32,000 bases of DNA from Phycisphaera mikurensis NBRC 102666 (GTDB taxonomy: Bacteria > Planctomycetota > Phycisphaerae > Phycisphaerales > Phycisphaeraceae), in contig NC_017080.1 of the NCBI RefSeq assembly GCF_000284115.1, positions 3,450,001 through 3,482,000 of the forward strand, in the 5' to 3' direction. Below are positions 10,311 to 22,740 of the stretch, one piece after another. The position numbers and the translations under genes were made by a program. The notes below the pieces were generated by a model. It saw only the letters and a list, made by a program, of their open reading frames with translations, was not told where the DNA came from and ran no database searches. Position 1 is the first letter of the stretch, and every line of letters starts with the position of its first letter.

Positions 10311-10356
10311 CCGCGGACCGCGGCCGGTTTGAGGCTCAAAGAGCCACGGTCCGCGG
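10311..10356 (-). other. Intra-operon stem-loop (CCGCGGACCG...CGGTCCGCGG) between rpsC and rplP
   Basis: Arms 10311-10320 and 10347-10356 are perfect reverse complements; nested GGCTC-AAA-GAGCC inside. Confidence 0.5.
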
Positions 10357-10375
10357 AAGGATCCGCGGGTTCGGA

Positions 10376-11083
10376 TCAGCGGCGTCCGCGGGCCCGCGCG
10401 GTCGCGCCGGCGGCGGAGGACTCGTACTCCTGCTCGCTGTCCTGCGTGTACAGACCCTTGTAGATCCAGACCTTCACGCCGATGGTGCCGTAGGTGGTCT
10501 TGGAGATGGCGAAGCCGTAGTCGACGTTCGCCTGGAGGGTCGCCAGCGGGATGCTGCCGAGCGAGACCACCTCCGAGCGGCTCATCTCGTGGCCGCCGAG
10601 GCGGCCGGAGAGCATGATCTTGACGCCCTTGCAGACGCCGCAGTTCATCGCGGCTTCGGCCTTCATCTTCATGACGCGGCGGAAGCTGGCCCGCTTGGCG
10701 AGCTGCTCGGCGATGGACTCGCCGATGAGCTGGGCGTCGGCGTCGGGCGTGGGAACCTCGACGCAGTTCATCGAGACGTTCCGCCCGGTGAGGTGCTGCA
10801 GCTCGTTGGTCAGCCGGTCGATCTCCGCGCCCTTGGGCCCGATGACCAGCCCCGGACGCGCGGTCCGGATGATGATCTTGAGCTCTTCACGCGTCCGCTC
10901 GATGTGGATGTCGGCGACGGCCGCGTACGGGGGCTTGCGGTTGAGCTCGTGGTCGAGGTACCGCCGGATGCGGAAGTCCTCGACGAGAAGCTCGCCGTAG
11001 AGCGCCTTGGGGGCGTACCAGCGGCTGCGGTGTGCCTGCGTGATCCCGACGCGGAATCCAAAGGGGTGGACTTTCTGACCCAT
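10376..11083 (-). CDS. rpsC: 30S ribosomal protein S3
   Basis: MGQKVHPFGFRVGITQAHRSRWYAPK...ARPGLVIGPKGAEIDRLTNEL...GVKIMLSGRLGGHEMSRSE...GTIGVKVWIYKG; ATG at 11081-11083 rather than the track start. Confidence 0.96.
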   Translation of the reverse strand: MGQKVHPFGFRVGITQAHRSRWYAPKALYGELLVEDFRIRRYLDHELNRKPPYAAVADIHIERTREELKIIIRTARPGLVIGPKGAEIDRLTNELQHLTGRNVSMNCVEVPTPDADAQLIGESIAEQLAKRASFRRVMKMKAEAAMNCGVCKGVKIMLSGRLGGHEMSRSEVVSLGSIPLATLQANVDYGFAISKTTYGTIGVKVWIYKGLYTQDSEQEYESSAAGATARARGRR

Positions 11084-11156
11084 AACGGTTCGAGGGGTTG
11101 CGGCGTCGCTTCGGGACGCGGGGAATGATCGGATCGGGCGCGTTTCCGCGGGAGCT

Positions 11157-11486
11157 TCAGGCTTCGGAGACGCCGACGGTGATGTGGCTGGTCCGCTTCT
11201 TGATCGCGTGGGCACGCCCGCGATCCTTCGGCTGGAAACGCTTGATCGTGGGGCCGCTGTCGACGCGGGCGTCGCTGACCTTCAACCGGCGGACGTTCGC
11301 TTCGCCCTGGTCTGCGTTGGCGATCGCGGCGAGGAGCGTGGTCTTCACGAAGAGCGCGGCGCGGAGCTTCGAGAGCTCCAGGGTCGTCACGGCCTCGGCC
11401 GCGGGCTTGTTGCGGATGAGGTTCACGACCTGGCGGACCTTGAGCGGGCTGATCCGGGCGTTGCGGTGGGTGCTGGTGAAGGCCAT
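11157..11486 (-). CDS. rplV: 50S ribosomal protein L22
   Basis: MAFTSTHRNARISPLKVRQVVNLIRNKPAAEA...FQPKDRGRAHAIKKRTSHITVGVSEA; ATG at 11484-11486. Confidence 0.95.
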   Translation of the reverse strand: MAFTSTHRNARISPLKVRQVVNLIRNKPAAEAVTTLELSKLRAALFVKTTLLAAIANADQGEANVRRLKVSDARVDSGPTIKRFQPKDRGRAHAIKKRTSHITVGVSEA

Positions 11487-11556
11487 CGGGGGCGTCCGTC
11501 GGGAAAAGGGGGAGGGCTCGCCTCGCGGCGAGATCGGGCGTCGATCGGGGCGTCGC

Positions 11557-11847
11557 CTAGGTGCGGCCCTGGGCACGCTGAGCCTTGGTGCCGGTGGTGT
11601 GGCTCCGGAAGTTGCGGGTGAGCGAGAACTCGCCGAGCTTGTGCCCGACCATGTCCTCGGTCACGAACACGCTGGGGAAGGCCTTGCCGTTGTGCACGAG
11701 GAAGGTGTGGCCGACGAACTCGGGCACGATGGTGCAGGCGCGGGCCCAGGTCTTGATGGGCTGGCGGCGGTCCATCTGCGTCAGCTGCTCCACCTTGCGG
11801 TACAGCTTCAGGTCGACGTAGGGGCCTTTTTTCAGCGAGCGGGACAT
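11557..11847 (-). CDS. rpsS: 30S ribosomal protein S19
   Basis: [22 protein letters not shown]...[26 protein letters not shown]; 96 aa. Confidence 0.97.
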   Translation of the reverse strand: MSRSLKKGPYVDLKLYRKVEQLTQMDRRQPIKTWARACTIVPEFVGHTFLVHNGKAFPSVFVTEDMVGHKLGEFSLTRNFRSHTTGTKAQRAQGRT

Positions 11848-11922
11848 CGTGTCTTCTCAGGAGTGGGGTCCCCTCGGGGACCGGAACAGGCTTGGGGATC
11901 GGTGGCGGTCGCCACCGCTTCA

Positions 11923-12780
11923 TCAGCGGAGCTTCAGCTGGCCGAAGCGCTTCGAGACGCGGCGGCGGATGATCCGCTTGTTCGAGGCCTTGCCCGGCTT
12001 GCGGGTGCGGCCGCCCTTGGCGAGCGTGCCCGACCGCTGGGCCGGGGGGCGGTTGCCCGACGACTTGTTGTCGCCGCCGCCCATCGGGTGCTCGTGGTGG
12101 TTCTTCGCCATGCCGCGGTTGTTGGGCCGGCGGCCGAGGTGGCGGCTCTTGCCGGCCTTGCCCAGCACCGTCTTGTTGTGGTCGGTGTTGCCGACCTGAC
12201 CGACGGTGGCCCGGCACATGACGCTCACCTGGCGGGTCTCGCCCGAGGGGAAGGTCAGCGTCGCCCACTTGCCCTCGCGGTTGGTCAGACGGGCGTAGGT
12301 GCCGGCCGCCCGGCACATCTGGCCGCCGCCGCCGGGCTGGAGCTCGATGTTGTGGACGTTCAGGCCGGTGGGGATGTCGCGGAGCAGCAGGCAGTTGCCC
12401 GGCTTGGGCTCGATTCGCTCGGCGGACGACAGGATCACTTCGCCGTCGGTCAGGCCGATCGGGGCGAGGATGTACCGCTTCTCGCCGTCCTCGTACCGGA
12501 TCAAGGCGATGTTGGCGGAGCGGTTGGGGTCGTACTCGATGCCGACGACCGTGCCGGGCACGTCCAGCTTCTTGCGGCTGAAGTCCATGCGGCGGTACCG
12601 CTGCTTGTTGCCGCCGCCGCGGTTCTGGACCGTGATCCGGCCCTGGCAGTTGCGGCCACCGTGCTTCTTCTGAGCCTCGAGCAGCGTCTTCTCGGGCTTG
12701 GTCTTGGTGACCTCGCTGTAGAGGTTGACGCTGGCGTTGCGACGCCCGGGGCTGGTTCTCTTGTAGATCCGAATGGCCAT
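11923..12780 (-). CDS. rplB: 50S ribosomal protein L2
   Basis: MAIRIYKRTSPGRRNASV...GRNCQGRITVQNRGGGNKQRYRRMDFSRKK...GVAMNHHEHPMGGG variant (GMAKNHHEHPMGGGDNKSSG); 285 aa. Confidence 0.96.
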   Translation of the reverse strand: MAIRIYKRTSPGRRNASVNLYSEVTKTKPEKTLLEAQKKHGGRNCQGRITVQNRGGGNKQRYRRMDFSRKKLDVPGTVVGIEYDPNRSANIALIRYEDGEKRYILAPIGLTDGEVILSSAERIEPKPGNCLLLRDIPTGLNVHNIELQPGGGGQMCRAAGTYARLTNREGKWATLTFPSGETRQVSVMCRATVGQVGNTDHNKTVLGKAGKSRHLGRRPNNRGMAKNHHEHPMGGGDNKSSGNRPPAQRSGTLAKGGRTRKPGKASNKRIIRRRVSKRFGQLKLR

Positions 12781-12870
12781 GGTGGTTCCGGGCGACGCCC
12801 GTCCTGGGGTGCTGGGTGGCGGGGGGACCCTGAGGTCCGAGAGCGAGCCGCCGGGGCGGCCCGTGGAAGA

Positions 12871-13152
12871 TCAGTACAGGTCGATCGAGTCTTCCGCGTG
12901 GAGCTGCACGATCGCCCGCTTGACCGTCGGCGTCGTCGTGGTGCCGTAGCGGTTCCTCTTCGCCTCGCCCTTGCGGTTCATCGTGGCGACGGACTCGACG
13001 CGGACGCCGTAGAGCTTCGCGATGGACGCGGCCACCTGGGGCTTGGTTGCGTCTTTGTGGATCTCGAAGGCGTAACGGTTGCGGCTGCCCGCTTCCCACG
13101 TCGTCTTCTCGGTGATGATCGGGCGCTTGATGATCTGAGTGGCGTCGAGCAT
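12871..13152 (-). CDS. rplW: 50S ribosomal protein L23
   Basis: IIKRPIITEKTTWEAGSRNRYAFEIHKDATKPQVAASIAKLYGVRVESVATMN; 93 aa; start overlaps the rplD stop (TAATG). Confidence 0.94.
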   Translation of the reverse strand: MLDATQIIKRPIITEKTTWEAGSRNRYAFEIHKDATKPQVAASIAKLYGVRVESVATMNRKGEAKRNRYGTTTTPTVKRAIVQLHAEDSIDLY

Positions 13153-13871
13153 TACGCGGCCTCCGTCGTCTGGCTGCTAAAGGAGTGGGTCCGAGCGTCG
13201 AGGCCTTCGACCAGCTTGTCGGTCTTGCTCGTGGCGGGCTTCTCGTCGTTCACGAACTTCGCGAGGTAGGCCTCGAAGGCGTCCTTGTGCATCACCAGGT
13301 AGCGGTGGTTCAGGAGCTCGAAGACGTCGAGCTGCTCGCTCTGGGTGACCGTGACGCCGGGGATGTTCCGGGCGGACTTCGCCTCGACCGTGCGGGTGTC
13401 GGCGAGGGCGACGAGGCAGGTGCGGTCGACCCCGAGCGCCTCCATGAGGGCGATGAAGGATTTGGTGCTGGGGGCACCGGAGGCGGGCACGTCGACCAGC
13501 TTGATCTCGCCGTCGACGGCCTTGGCCAGGAGGGCGTTGCGGTTGGCGAGGCGGCGCATCTTGCGGGGCATCTCCTGCCGCCAGTCGTGCTTGATCTTGG
13601 CCTTCGCCGAGCCGCCGCCGCGGAGCAGGTTGGCCTTCTTGTCGCCGCGACGCGCGTTGCCGGTGCCCTTCTGCTTGTAGAGCTTCCGGGTGGAGCCTTG
13701 CACGTCGGCCCGCGACTTCGTGGGCGAGTTGATCGAGCGGCGGTTGGCATGACCGCGGACGAAGGCCTGCTTGAGCAGGGCCGGGCGGACCTCGCCGCCG
13801 AGCTTGGCCTCGTCCAGCTGGACGGAGCCGAGCCGCTCGCCGGTCTCGTTGTAGTAGGGGACTTCAATCAT
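13152..13871 (-). CDS. rplD: 50S ribosomal protein L4
   Basis: FVRGHANRRSINSPTKSRADVQGSTRKLYKQKGTGNARRGDKKANLLRGGGSA; 239 aa. Confidence 0.95.
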   Translation of the reverse strand: MIEVPYYNETGERLGSVQLDEAKLGGEVRPALLKQAFVRGHANRRSINSPTKSRADVQGSTRKLYKQKGTGNARRGDKKANLLRGGGSAKAKIKHDWRQEMPRKMRRLANRNALLAKAVDGEIKLVDVPASGAPSTKSFIALMEALGVDRTCLVALADTRTVEAKSARNIPGVTVTQSEQLDVFELLNHRYLVMHKDAFEAYLAKFVNDEKPATSKTDKLVEGLDARTHSFSSQTTEAA

Positions 13872-13961
13872 CGGGGTGCTGTTCCTGGGCCGGCGGGGGC
13901 GCCTTCTGCGGGCGGGTTGCGCGAACCGCTTCAGGGCCCGCGGGTCGGAGCGACGCGGGCT

Positions 13962-14693
13962 TTATCCGGCGGCCTCGAGGGCGTGGATCTTCCGCTTCCA
14001 CAGGCGGCGGGCGGTGCGGACCTCCACCAGGCCGCCCTTGGGGCCGGGGATCGGCCCCTTCACGAGCAGGAGGTCGTTCTCCGCATCCACCGAAACCACC
14101 GGCAGGTTGCGGACGCTGACCCGCTCGTCGCCCATGTGGCCGCTCATGCGGATGCCTTTCTTGGGCTTGCCCGTGCCGAGGTTCGAGCTCCGCCCGCCGA
14201 TGGAACCCGGGGACCGGTGCTTCCGCTCGACGCCGTGACTGGCCTCCTGGCCGCCGAAGCCGTGCCGCTTCATCGCTCCCTGGAAGCCCTTGCCCTTGGA
14301 GGTGCCGACGACGTCGACGTAGGTGACGTCCTCGAAGTCGGCGGCGGTGACACGCTGCCCCAGCTCAAAGGCCACGCCGTGGTTGGATTCTCCATCACCC
14401 GCCGCGGGCCCTTGCAGCCGGAGCTCGCGGTGGAACCGCTGGGGGGCCGCGCCGGCCTTGGCGTCGTGGCCGATGAGCGGCATCGTCGACGAGCGACCCT
14501 TGATCTCGGCGAAGCCGAGCTGCACGCCGTGGTAGCCGTCGAGCTCCAGGGTGCGGACCTGCGTCACCACGCAGGGCCCGACCTGGATGACGGTCACGGG
14601 CTGGTCGATGCCGTTCTCCCCGAAGAGGCGCGTCATCCCGACTTTGCGGCCGAGGATCATCCGGTTGGGCTGGGGGTTCTCTGGAGCGGACAT
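13962..14693 (-). CDS. rplC: 50S ribosomal protein L3
   Basis: MILGRKVGMTRLFGENGIDQPVTVIQVGPCVVTQVRT...GTSKGKGFQGAMKRHGFGGQEASHG; 243 aa. Confidence 0.95.
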   Translation of the reverse strand: MSAPENPQPNRMILGRKVGMTRLFGENGIDQPVTVIQVGPCVVTQVRTLELDGYHGVQLGFAEIKGRSSTMPLIGHDAKAGAAPQRFHRELRLQGPAAGDGESNHGVAFELGQRVTAADFEDVTYVDVVGTSKGKGFQGAMKRHGFGGQEASHGVERKHRSPGSIGGRSSNLGTGKPKKGIRMSGHMGDERVSVRNLPVVSVDAENDLLLVKGPIPGPKGGLVEVRTARRLWKRKIHALEAAG

Positions 14694-14975
14694 CGGGTGG
14701 CTTTCAGGTTGCGGTTGCGGGTTTCGCTGGCGCCCCCGGTTTGGTCCGGGGCAGACAGCCGCGGCCCGGTCTTGACGGACTCTCCCAACTCGCGGCGGGC
14801 CGCGGCGTGGAGGTCTCCGTCAGAGGAACGGGCCTTGCCGGGAGCCGACACCTCGAGGCGGAGGGTCGGGGATCCCGGCTCCGGCATCGCGTCTTCGCCG
14901 GAGCGGAAACGGGCCGAGCGTGGGAGCGGGCAGCGGATCGAGCCGTCGAGGCCCGGCACGCTGCGGCGGGCGGGG

Positions 14976-15004
14976 AGGATAGCGGTGCGTCACACGCATC
15001 GCAA
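14976..15004 (-). promoter_or_regulatory. Candidate sigma70-type promoter upstream of rplC
   Basis: Minus strand TTGCGA-N17-TATCCT; gives a predicted leader of roughly 280 nt. Confidence 0.4.
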
Positions 15005-15026
15005 ATCCCCCCCCCGGCGGACGGGC

Positions 15027-15335
<309 letters not shown>

Positions 15336-15463
15336 CGGTACTTCTTGCGGTTCGGGGGTGCGGGGTGGGGATCCATCCACCGCCCAGCCGGCGGCGTCTG
15401 CGTCGATCGGCGACCACAGGAGCGAGACCCGGAAGCCGGTCCCGTCGCTGCGCCGCGTCGGGC

Positions 15464-15491
15464 AGCGTAATCAGGCGTCGCGGGCTGTCAA
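15464..15491 (-). promoter_or_regulatory. Candidate promoter of the S10 operon
   Basis: Minus strand TTGACA-N16-TACGCT, about 130 nt upstream of rpsJ. Confidence 0.5.
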
Positions 15492-15615
15492 CCGGGCCCG
15501 CGGCGCCGGCCCGGGCCGCGGAGGGACGCGTCGGGCCGGCGGGCGGCCCCGACCGCTTCTCGCGGGCCGCGGCACGGCCCCGTCGGGGCTGCGAGCGGGG
15601 TCCCGCAGCGGCCCG

Positions 15616-18765
<3,150 letters not shown>

Positions 18766-18801
18766 GGCCGCGAGCGTAGGAGCGGCGGGAGCGGGGTCCC
18801 G

Positions 18802-18847
18802 CCGCGGACCGCGGGCGTTTCCGGCCCGAGCGTGCCGCGGTCCGCGG
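18802..18847 (-). terminator. Strong stem-loop immediately after the stop codon of the 18848 gene
   Basis: CCGCGGACCGCGG (18802-18814) and CCGCGGTCCGCGG (18835-18847) are 13-nt perfect reverse complements; no T-run. Confidence 0.5.
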
Positions 18848-19357
18848 CTACTCCGGAGCGCCGTAGTGGAACGGCGGCTCGACGTAGATGAGGTGCGGCT
18901 CGGCCATGCCCGCGTCCTCCTTCTCCCGCGGGTTCAGGGCGACGATGCCGGCGACCGCGACCACCAGCAGCACCACGACCTCGGCCCAGCCCAGCAGCGT
19001 GGCGCGGGTGACGGGCATCGCGCCCGCCTGCGTCGTGCCGCGGCGGCGGGGCGTCAGCATCGCCTCGCGGTACTGGTAGATGCCCACCAGCGGCAGCGCG
19101 ATCCCCACGGCCACCAGCAGCGGCGGCACGAGGGTCGCCACGCCGTACATGACGAGGTTGAAGACCGTCACCGGGACGCTGACCCCGACGCTGTGCCCGG
19201 AGAGGTCCTCCCCCAGCAGCGAGACGACCGGCTCGGTGCACACCGACGCGGCCACGGCCGCCCCCACCAGCACCGCGCCGAGCACCATCCGGCCGCGGAA
19301 GCGCAGCCACTCCCGGCGGGCTGCGTCGGGTCGGCGTGGCGCGTGAGGATCGAACAC
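18848..19357 (-). CDS. Small integral membrane protein of unknown function
   Basis: GTG start at 19355-19357; (M)FDPHAPRRPDAARREWLRFRGRMVLGAVLVGAAVAASVC...VMYGVATLVPPLLVAVGIALPLVGIYQY...LLGWAEVVVLLVVAVAGIVALNPREKED; about 3 hydrophobic helices. Confidence 0.65.
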   Translation of the reverse strand: MFDPHAPRRPDAARREWLRFRGRMVLGAVLVGAAVAASVCTEPVVSLLGEDLSGHSVGVSVPVTVFNLVMYGVATLVPPLLVAVGIALPLVGIYQYREAMLTPRRRGTTQAGAMPVTRATLLGWAEVVVLLVVAVAGIVALNPREKEDAGMAEPHLIYVEPPFHYGAPE

Positions 19358-19458
19358 GGGGGCTTCGGTCGCGTGGGAGGACGGGAGGGTTCCCGGGCCG
19401 GGACCGAAACCTAAACGCTGTCGCCGCCGACGCCAACCGGGGGATTGGACCGCGGCGC

Positions 19459-20412
19459 CTAGGCCTCCACGGCGTGCAGCACCGAGCCGCGGGGGAGGCC
19501 GCCGCCGCGCCGGAACCCCGCCAGCGGGATCACGCCGCGGCCCGGCACCTGCACCTCGAGCAGGCGGACGATCCCGCCCGCCGCGGCCACCCGGCCCTCC
19601 TCGTCGACGGTCCCGGCCGCCGGCGGCTCCCCGTCCACCCGGTCGCCTCCCGGTTCTGCCCGCCGCAGCAGCAGGAAGCCGGCTTCTTCGCCGGCGGGCC
19701 CGCGGACCGCGACGCGGCACCCCGGCCAGGGGTTCAAGCCGTTGATCCGTGCGGCCACCGCGGCGGGCGGGGCGTCGAAGGCGGTCGTTCCGTCGGCCTT
19801 CCGCAGCTTCGCCGCGTGGGTCGCGGCCGACGCGTCCTGTTCCCAGGGGGCCAGCGTCCCGTCCTCCAGGCGGGCGAGCACGGCCAGAACCGCGGCCGGG
19901 CCCAGGGCCGCGAGGCGGTCGTGCACCTCGCCGGCGGTCTCGTGGGGCTGCACCGCCAGCTCGGCCTGCTCGTAGACGGCGCCCGCGTCCATCCGCTCCG
20001 CCAGCGCGATCACGCTCACGCCGGTCACCGCCTCGCCCGCCATCACCGAGCGCTGCACCGGCGCCGCCCCCCGCCAAGCGGGCAGCAGCGAGCCGTGCAG
20101 GTTGACGGACAGACGCCCCATGGCGGCGAGCAGCGGCGGCCCGAGCTTCTGGCCGAAGGCGATGACGACCGAGGCGTCGACGCCGGCGTCGGCCGCGCGA
20201 GCCACGAACGCGGGATCGTTGACGTTCTCGCTCCGCCACGGCTCGACCCCGGCCTCCCGGGCCCAGGCGACGGCGGGGGCGGGCGTCAGCACCCGCTTGC
20301 GGCCGGCCGGCCGGTCCGGCGGGCCCGCCAGCGCGACCACCTCGTGCGCGGCGTGCAGCGCCGCGAAGGTGGGCACGCCGAAGGCGCCGGAGCCGAACAG
20401 GAGCAGCCGCAT
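19459..20412 (-). CDS. fmt: Methionyl-tRNA formyltransferase
   Basis: MRLLLFGSGAFGVPTFAAL...VVIAFGQKL...LSVNLHGSLLPAWRGAAPVQRSVMAGEAVTGVSVIALAERMDAG...LNPWPGCRV; 317 aa. Confidence 0.93.
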   Translation of the reverse strand: MRLLLFGSGAFGVPTFAALHAAHEVVALAGPPDRPAGRKRVLTPAPAVAWAREAGVEPWRSENVNDPAFVARAADAGVDASVVIAFGQKLGPPLLAAMGRLSVNLHGSLLPAWRGAAPVQRSVMAGEAVTGVSVIALAERMDAGAVYEQAELAVQPHETAGEVHDRLAALGPAAVLAVLARLEDGTLAPWEQDASAATHAAKLRKADGTTAFDAPPAAVAARINGLNPWPGCRVAVRGPAGEEAGFLLLRRAEPGGDRVDGEPPAAGTVDEEGRVAAAGGIVRLLEVQVPGRGVIPLAGFRRGGGLPRGSVLHAVEA

Positions 20413-20433
20413 GCGCGGAGGCTACCCCCGGCC

Positions 20434-21513
20434 TCACCCGGCCGCGGCGGCGGAGCGGGCGGTGTCGAGCGCGGCCCGGAGGCCCGGCAGCCGCCCGTCA
20501 CGCGGGTCGATCCGCTCGAGCACGACCAGGGTGGCCGCCGCCTGCTCCGGATCGCCGGCGGCGAGGTACCAGCGGGTGGCCTCCGCGGCGGCCAGGGCGT
20601 TGGCCGGGTCGAGCGCCAGCCAGCGCTCGTGGTAGTTGGCGGCCGCGCCGGGCTCGCCGGCGGCGGCGAGCGCCTCGGCGTGGAGCGCCATGACCGCGGG
20701 GGAGTAGAAGTCGTCGGGGTCGGGCAGCCGCAGCACGCGGGCGGCGTCGAGCGGGCGGGCGTCGACGAGGAGGAGCCGCGCCAGCGAGAGCGCGTAGGCG
20801 CGGGCCTCGGGACCCCCGGTTTCCGCCGTCAGGCCGACGGCCCGATCGAGGGCGGCGCGGGCGCCCGCGTCGTCGCCGGCCTCCGCCCGCAGATGGCCGA
20901 GCAGCCCCCAGGCGGTGGCCAGCCCCGCGTCCAGCCGGGTCGCTTTCTCCGCGAGCGTGGCGGCGACGTCGCCGCGGCCGAGCCGCCGGGCGGCGTGAGC
21001 CAGGCGGAGGGTGGCGCGGGCGTCGCGCGGGGCCAGCCGCGTGGCGGAGGCGAAGTGTGCTTCGGCCTCCTCCAGCCGCCCGACCTGCTCCGCCGCCCCG
21101 CCGGCGAGCAGGTGCAGCTCGGCGTCGGCGGCGTCGGCGCCCCCGGCCGACCGCAGCTCCAGCGACCGGGCGAGCGCCGCGTGGGCCGCCTCGCCCCGTC
21201 CCGCGAGGAGCCGGACCTGCCCGAGCAGCGTCCAGCCGGCCGCGAGGTCGGGCCGCTCGGCCACCAACGCTTCGAGGTCGGCGGCCAGCGGCCGCACGTC
21301 GCGGCCGTTCTGCACGCCGGCCCGCATCCGCTCGCCCAGCTCCGCCGCCCGCGCCTGCGCCGCCTCCAGGCTCAGCGGCTCCGCCGGCCGCAGCCCGCCC
21401 AGAAGGACCCACGCCGCCACGAGCGCCACCAGCGACGCGAGCACGACGCCGACCGCGCCGACCGCTGCCCGGCGACCTCCCCCCCGCTCTTCACCAGTCC
21501 GCTCGCTGTGCAT
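20434..21513 (-). CDS. TPR-repeat protein with N-terminal membrane anchor
   Basis: AVGAVGVVLASLVALVAAWVLLGGL anchor, then repeats with A/G spacing (LAAGWTLLGQVRLLAGRGEAAHAALARSLELRSAG...). Confidence 0.7.
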   Translation of the reverse strand: MHSERTGEERGGGRRAAVGAVGVVLASLVALVAAWVLLGGLRPAEPLSLEAAQARAAELGERMRAGVQNGRDVRPLAADLEALVAERPDLAAGWTLLGQVRLLAGRGEAAHAALARSLELRSAGGADAADAELHLLAGGAAEQVGRLEEAEAHFASATRLAPRDARATLRLAHAARRLGRGDVAATLAEKATRLDAGLATAWGLLGHLRAEAGDDAGARAALDRAVGLTAETGGPEARAYALSLARLLLVDARPLDAARVLRLPDPDDFYSPAVMALHAEALAAAGEPGAAANYHERWLALDPANALAAAEATRWYLAAGDPEQAAATLVVLERIDPRDGRLPGLRAALDTARSAAAAG

Positions 21514-21548
21514 CCCCCGAACGTACCGGCTCTACCCTCGCGACCGCC

Positions 21549-22316
21549 TTGTTCGAGCTGACCCGAACCCTCCGCTTCTGCCCCTCGGGCGACCCCGGGG
21601 CCCCGCGGGACAACGCCCACGCCGCGTGGCCGCCGCCGCGTGGGCTCGCGGGCGTCCTGAGCCTCGATCTCACCATCGCCGGCCGGCCCGACCCCGGCAC
21701 CGGCGTGCTGCTGAACGTCAAGGACCTCGACGCCGCCTTCGCCGCCGCGGCGCTGCCGCGCTTCCGCGCCGCCGCGGGAGCGGAGCCCGCCGGCCTGCTG
21801 CGGGGCGTGGCGCAGGCGCTGGCGCCGACGCTGCCCTTCCCGCTCCTGCGGTTGCGGCTCTCCGCCTCCGCGTCCGCCTCCACCGAGCTCCGACCCGCCG
21901 ACATGTCCCGCGTCATCCTCCGCCAGCGATTCTCCTTCTCCGCCGCCCACCGGCTGCAAGCCGACGCCCTGAGCGAAGAGGAGAACCGGACGCTCTTCGG
22001 CAAGTGCAACCGTCCGAGCTTCCACGGCCACAACTACGAGCTGGAGGTCGCGGCCGCCGCCGCAATCGCCCCCGATGGACGCTCGCTGGAGCCCGCCGCG
22101 CTCGACGCCGCCGTCCGGACCCGCGTGATCGACACGCTCGACCACCGCAACCTCAACACCGACGTCGCCGCCTTCGCCACCCGCAATCCGACCGTCGAGC
22201 ACATCGCCCAGACGTGCTGGGACCTGCTCGCCGGCGGTCTGCCCGAGGGGGCCGAGCTCCAGGAGGTGGTCGTCTGGGAGACCGACCGGACCAGCTGCGC
22301 CTACCGCGGCGGCTAG
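21549..22316 (+). CDS. 6-pyruvoyl-tetrahydropterin synthase / QueD-like protein with two domains, the N-terminal one divergent
   Basis: FSFSAAHRL...LFGKCNRPSFHGHNYELEV...VIDTLDHRNLN...NPTVEHIAQTCWDLL...VVVWETDRTSCAYRG; TTG start inferred, 35 bp from the divergent TPR gene. Confidence 0.75.
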   Translation: MFELTRTLRFCPSGDPGAPRDNAHAAWPPPRGLAGVLSLDLTIAGRPDPGTGVLLNVKDLDAAFAAAALPRFRAAAGAEPAGLLRGVAQALAPTLPFPLLRLRLSASASASTELRPADMSRVILRQRFSFSAAHRLQADALSEEENRTLFGKCNRPSFHGHNYELEVAAAAAIAPDGRSLEPAALDAAVRTRVIDTLDHRNLNTDVAAFATRNPTVEHIAQTCWDLLAGGLPEGAELQEVVVWETDRTSCAYRGG

Positions 22317-22336
22317 AGCGGCTTTACGGTGGGCCG

Positions 22337-22705
22337 ATGCGCCCCGCTTCCCTGCTCGCCGTTGCGGCCGACACCACCTCCGGGGCGGACTTCGACGAGC
22401 AGAAGGCCGTCGTCGCCGCCGCCGCCGGCCTCGTGCTCATCCTGCTGCTGCTGCTGATCGCGCTGGTCATGGTCACGCTGCTGTGGCGACGCACCGGCAA
22501 GCGGGGCAACGGTCTGGAGCGTGACCTCTCGGCGCTGCGGGCGAAGGTGGACAGCCTCGAGGACCTCTGGGCCGAGGCCGGAACGCGCTACGGGACGGGC
22601 GCCTCGACCTCGAAGCGACCGCGGGGCGGGGACGGCCCGCCGCCGGGGGGCCGGAGCCTCGACGCCGGCGGCGACGACGACGGCCCGCCGCCGCCGGGGT
22701 TCTGA
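22337..22705 (+). CDS. Small single-pass membrane protein of unknown function
   Basis: MRPASLLAVAADTTSGADFDEQKAVVAAAAGLVLILLLLLIALVMVTLLWRRTGKRGNGLERDLSALRAKVDSLEDL... Confidence 0.55.
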   Translation: MRPASLLAVAADTTSGADFDEQKAVVAAAAGLVLILLLLLIALVMVTLLWRRTGKRGNGLERDLSALRAKVDSLEDLWAEAGTRYGTGASTSKRPRGGDGPPPGGRSLDAGGDDDGPPPPGF

Positions 22706-22740
22706 CGCGCCAAGCCCGAGCGGGCCGGTAGTTTGCTTCC

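Noticed and set aside
11098-13269. 723-aa plus-strand ORF
   Set aside because: Antisense to rplV, rpsS, rplB and rplW.
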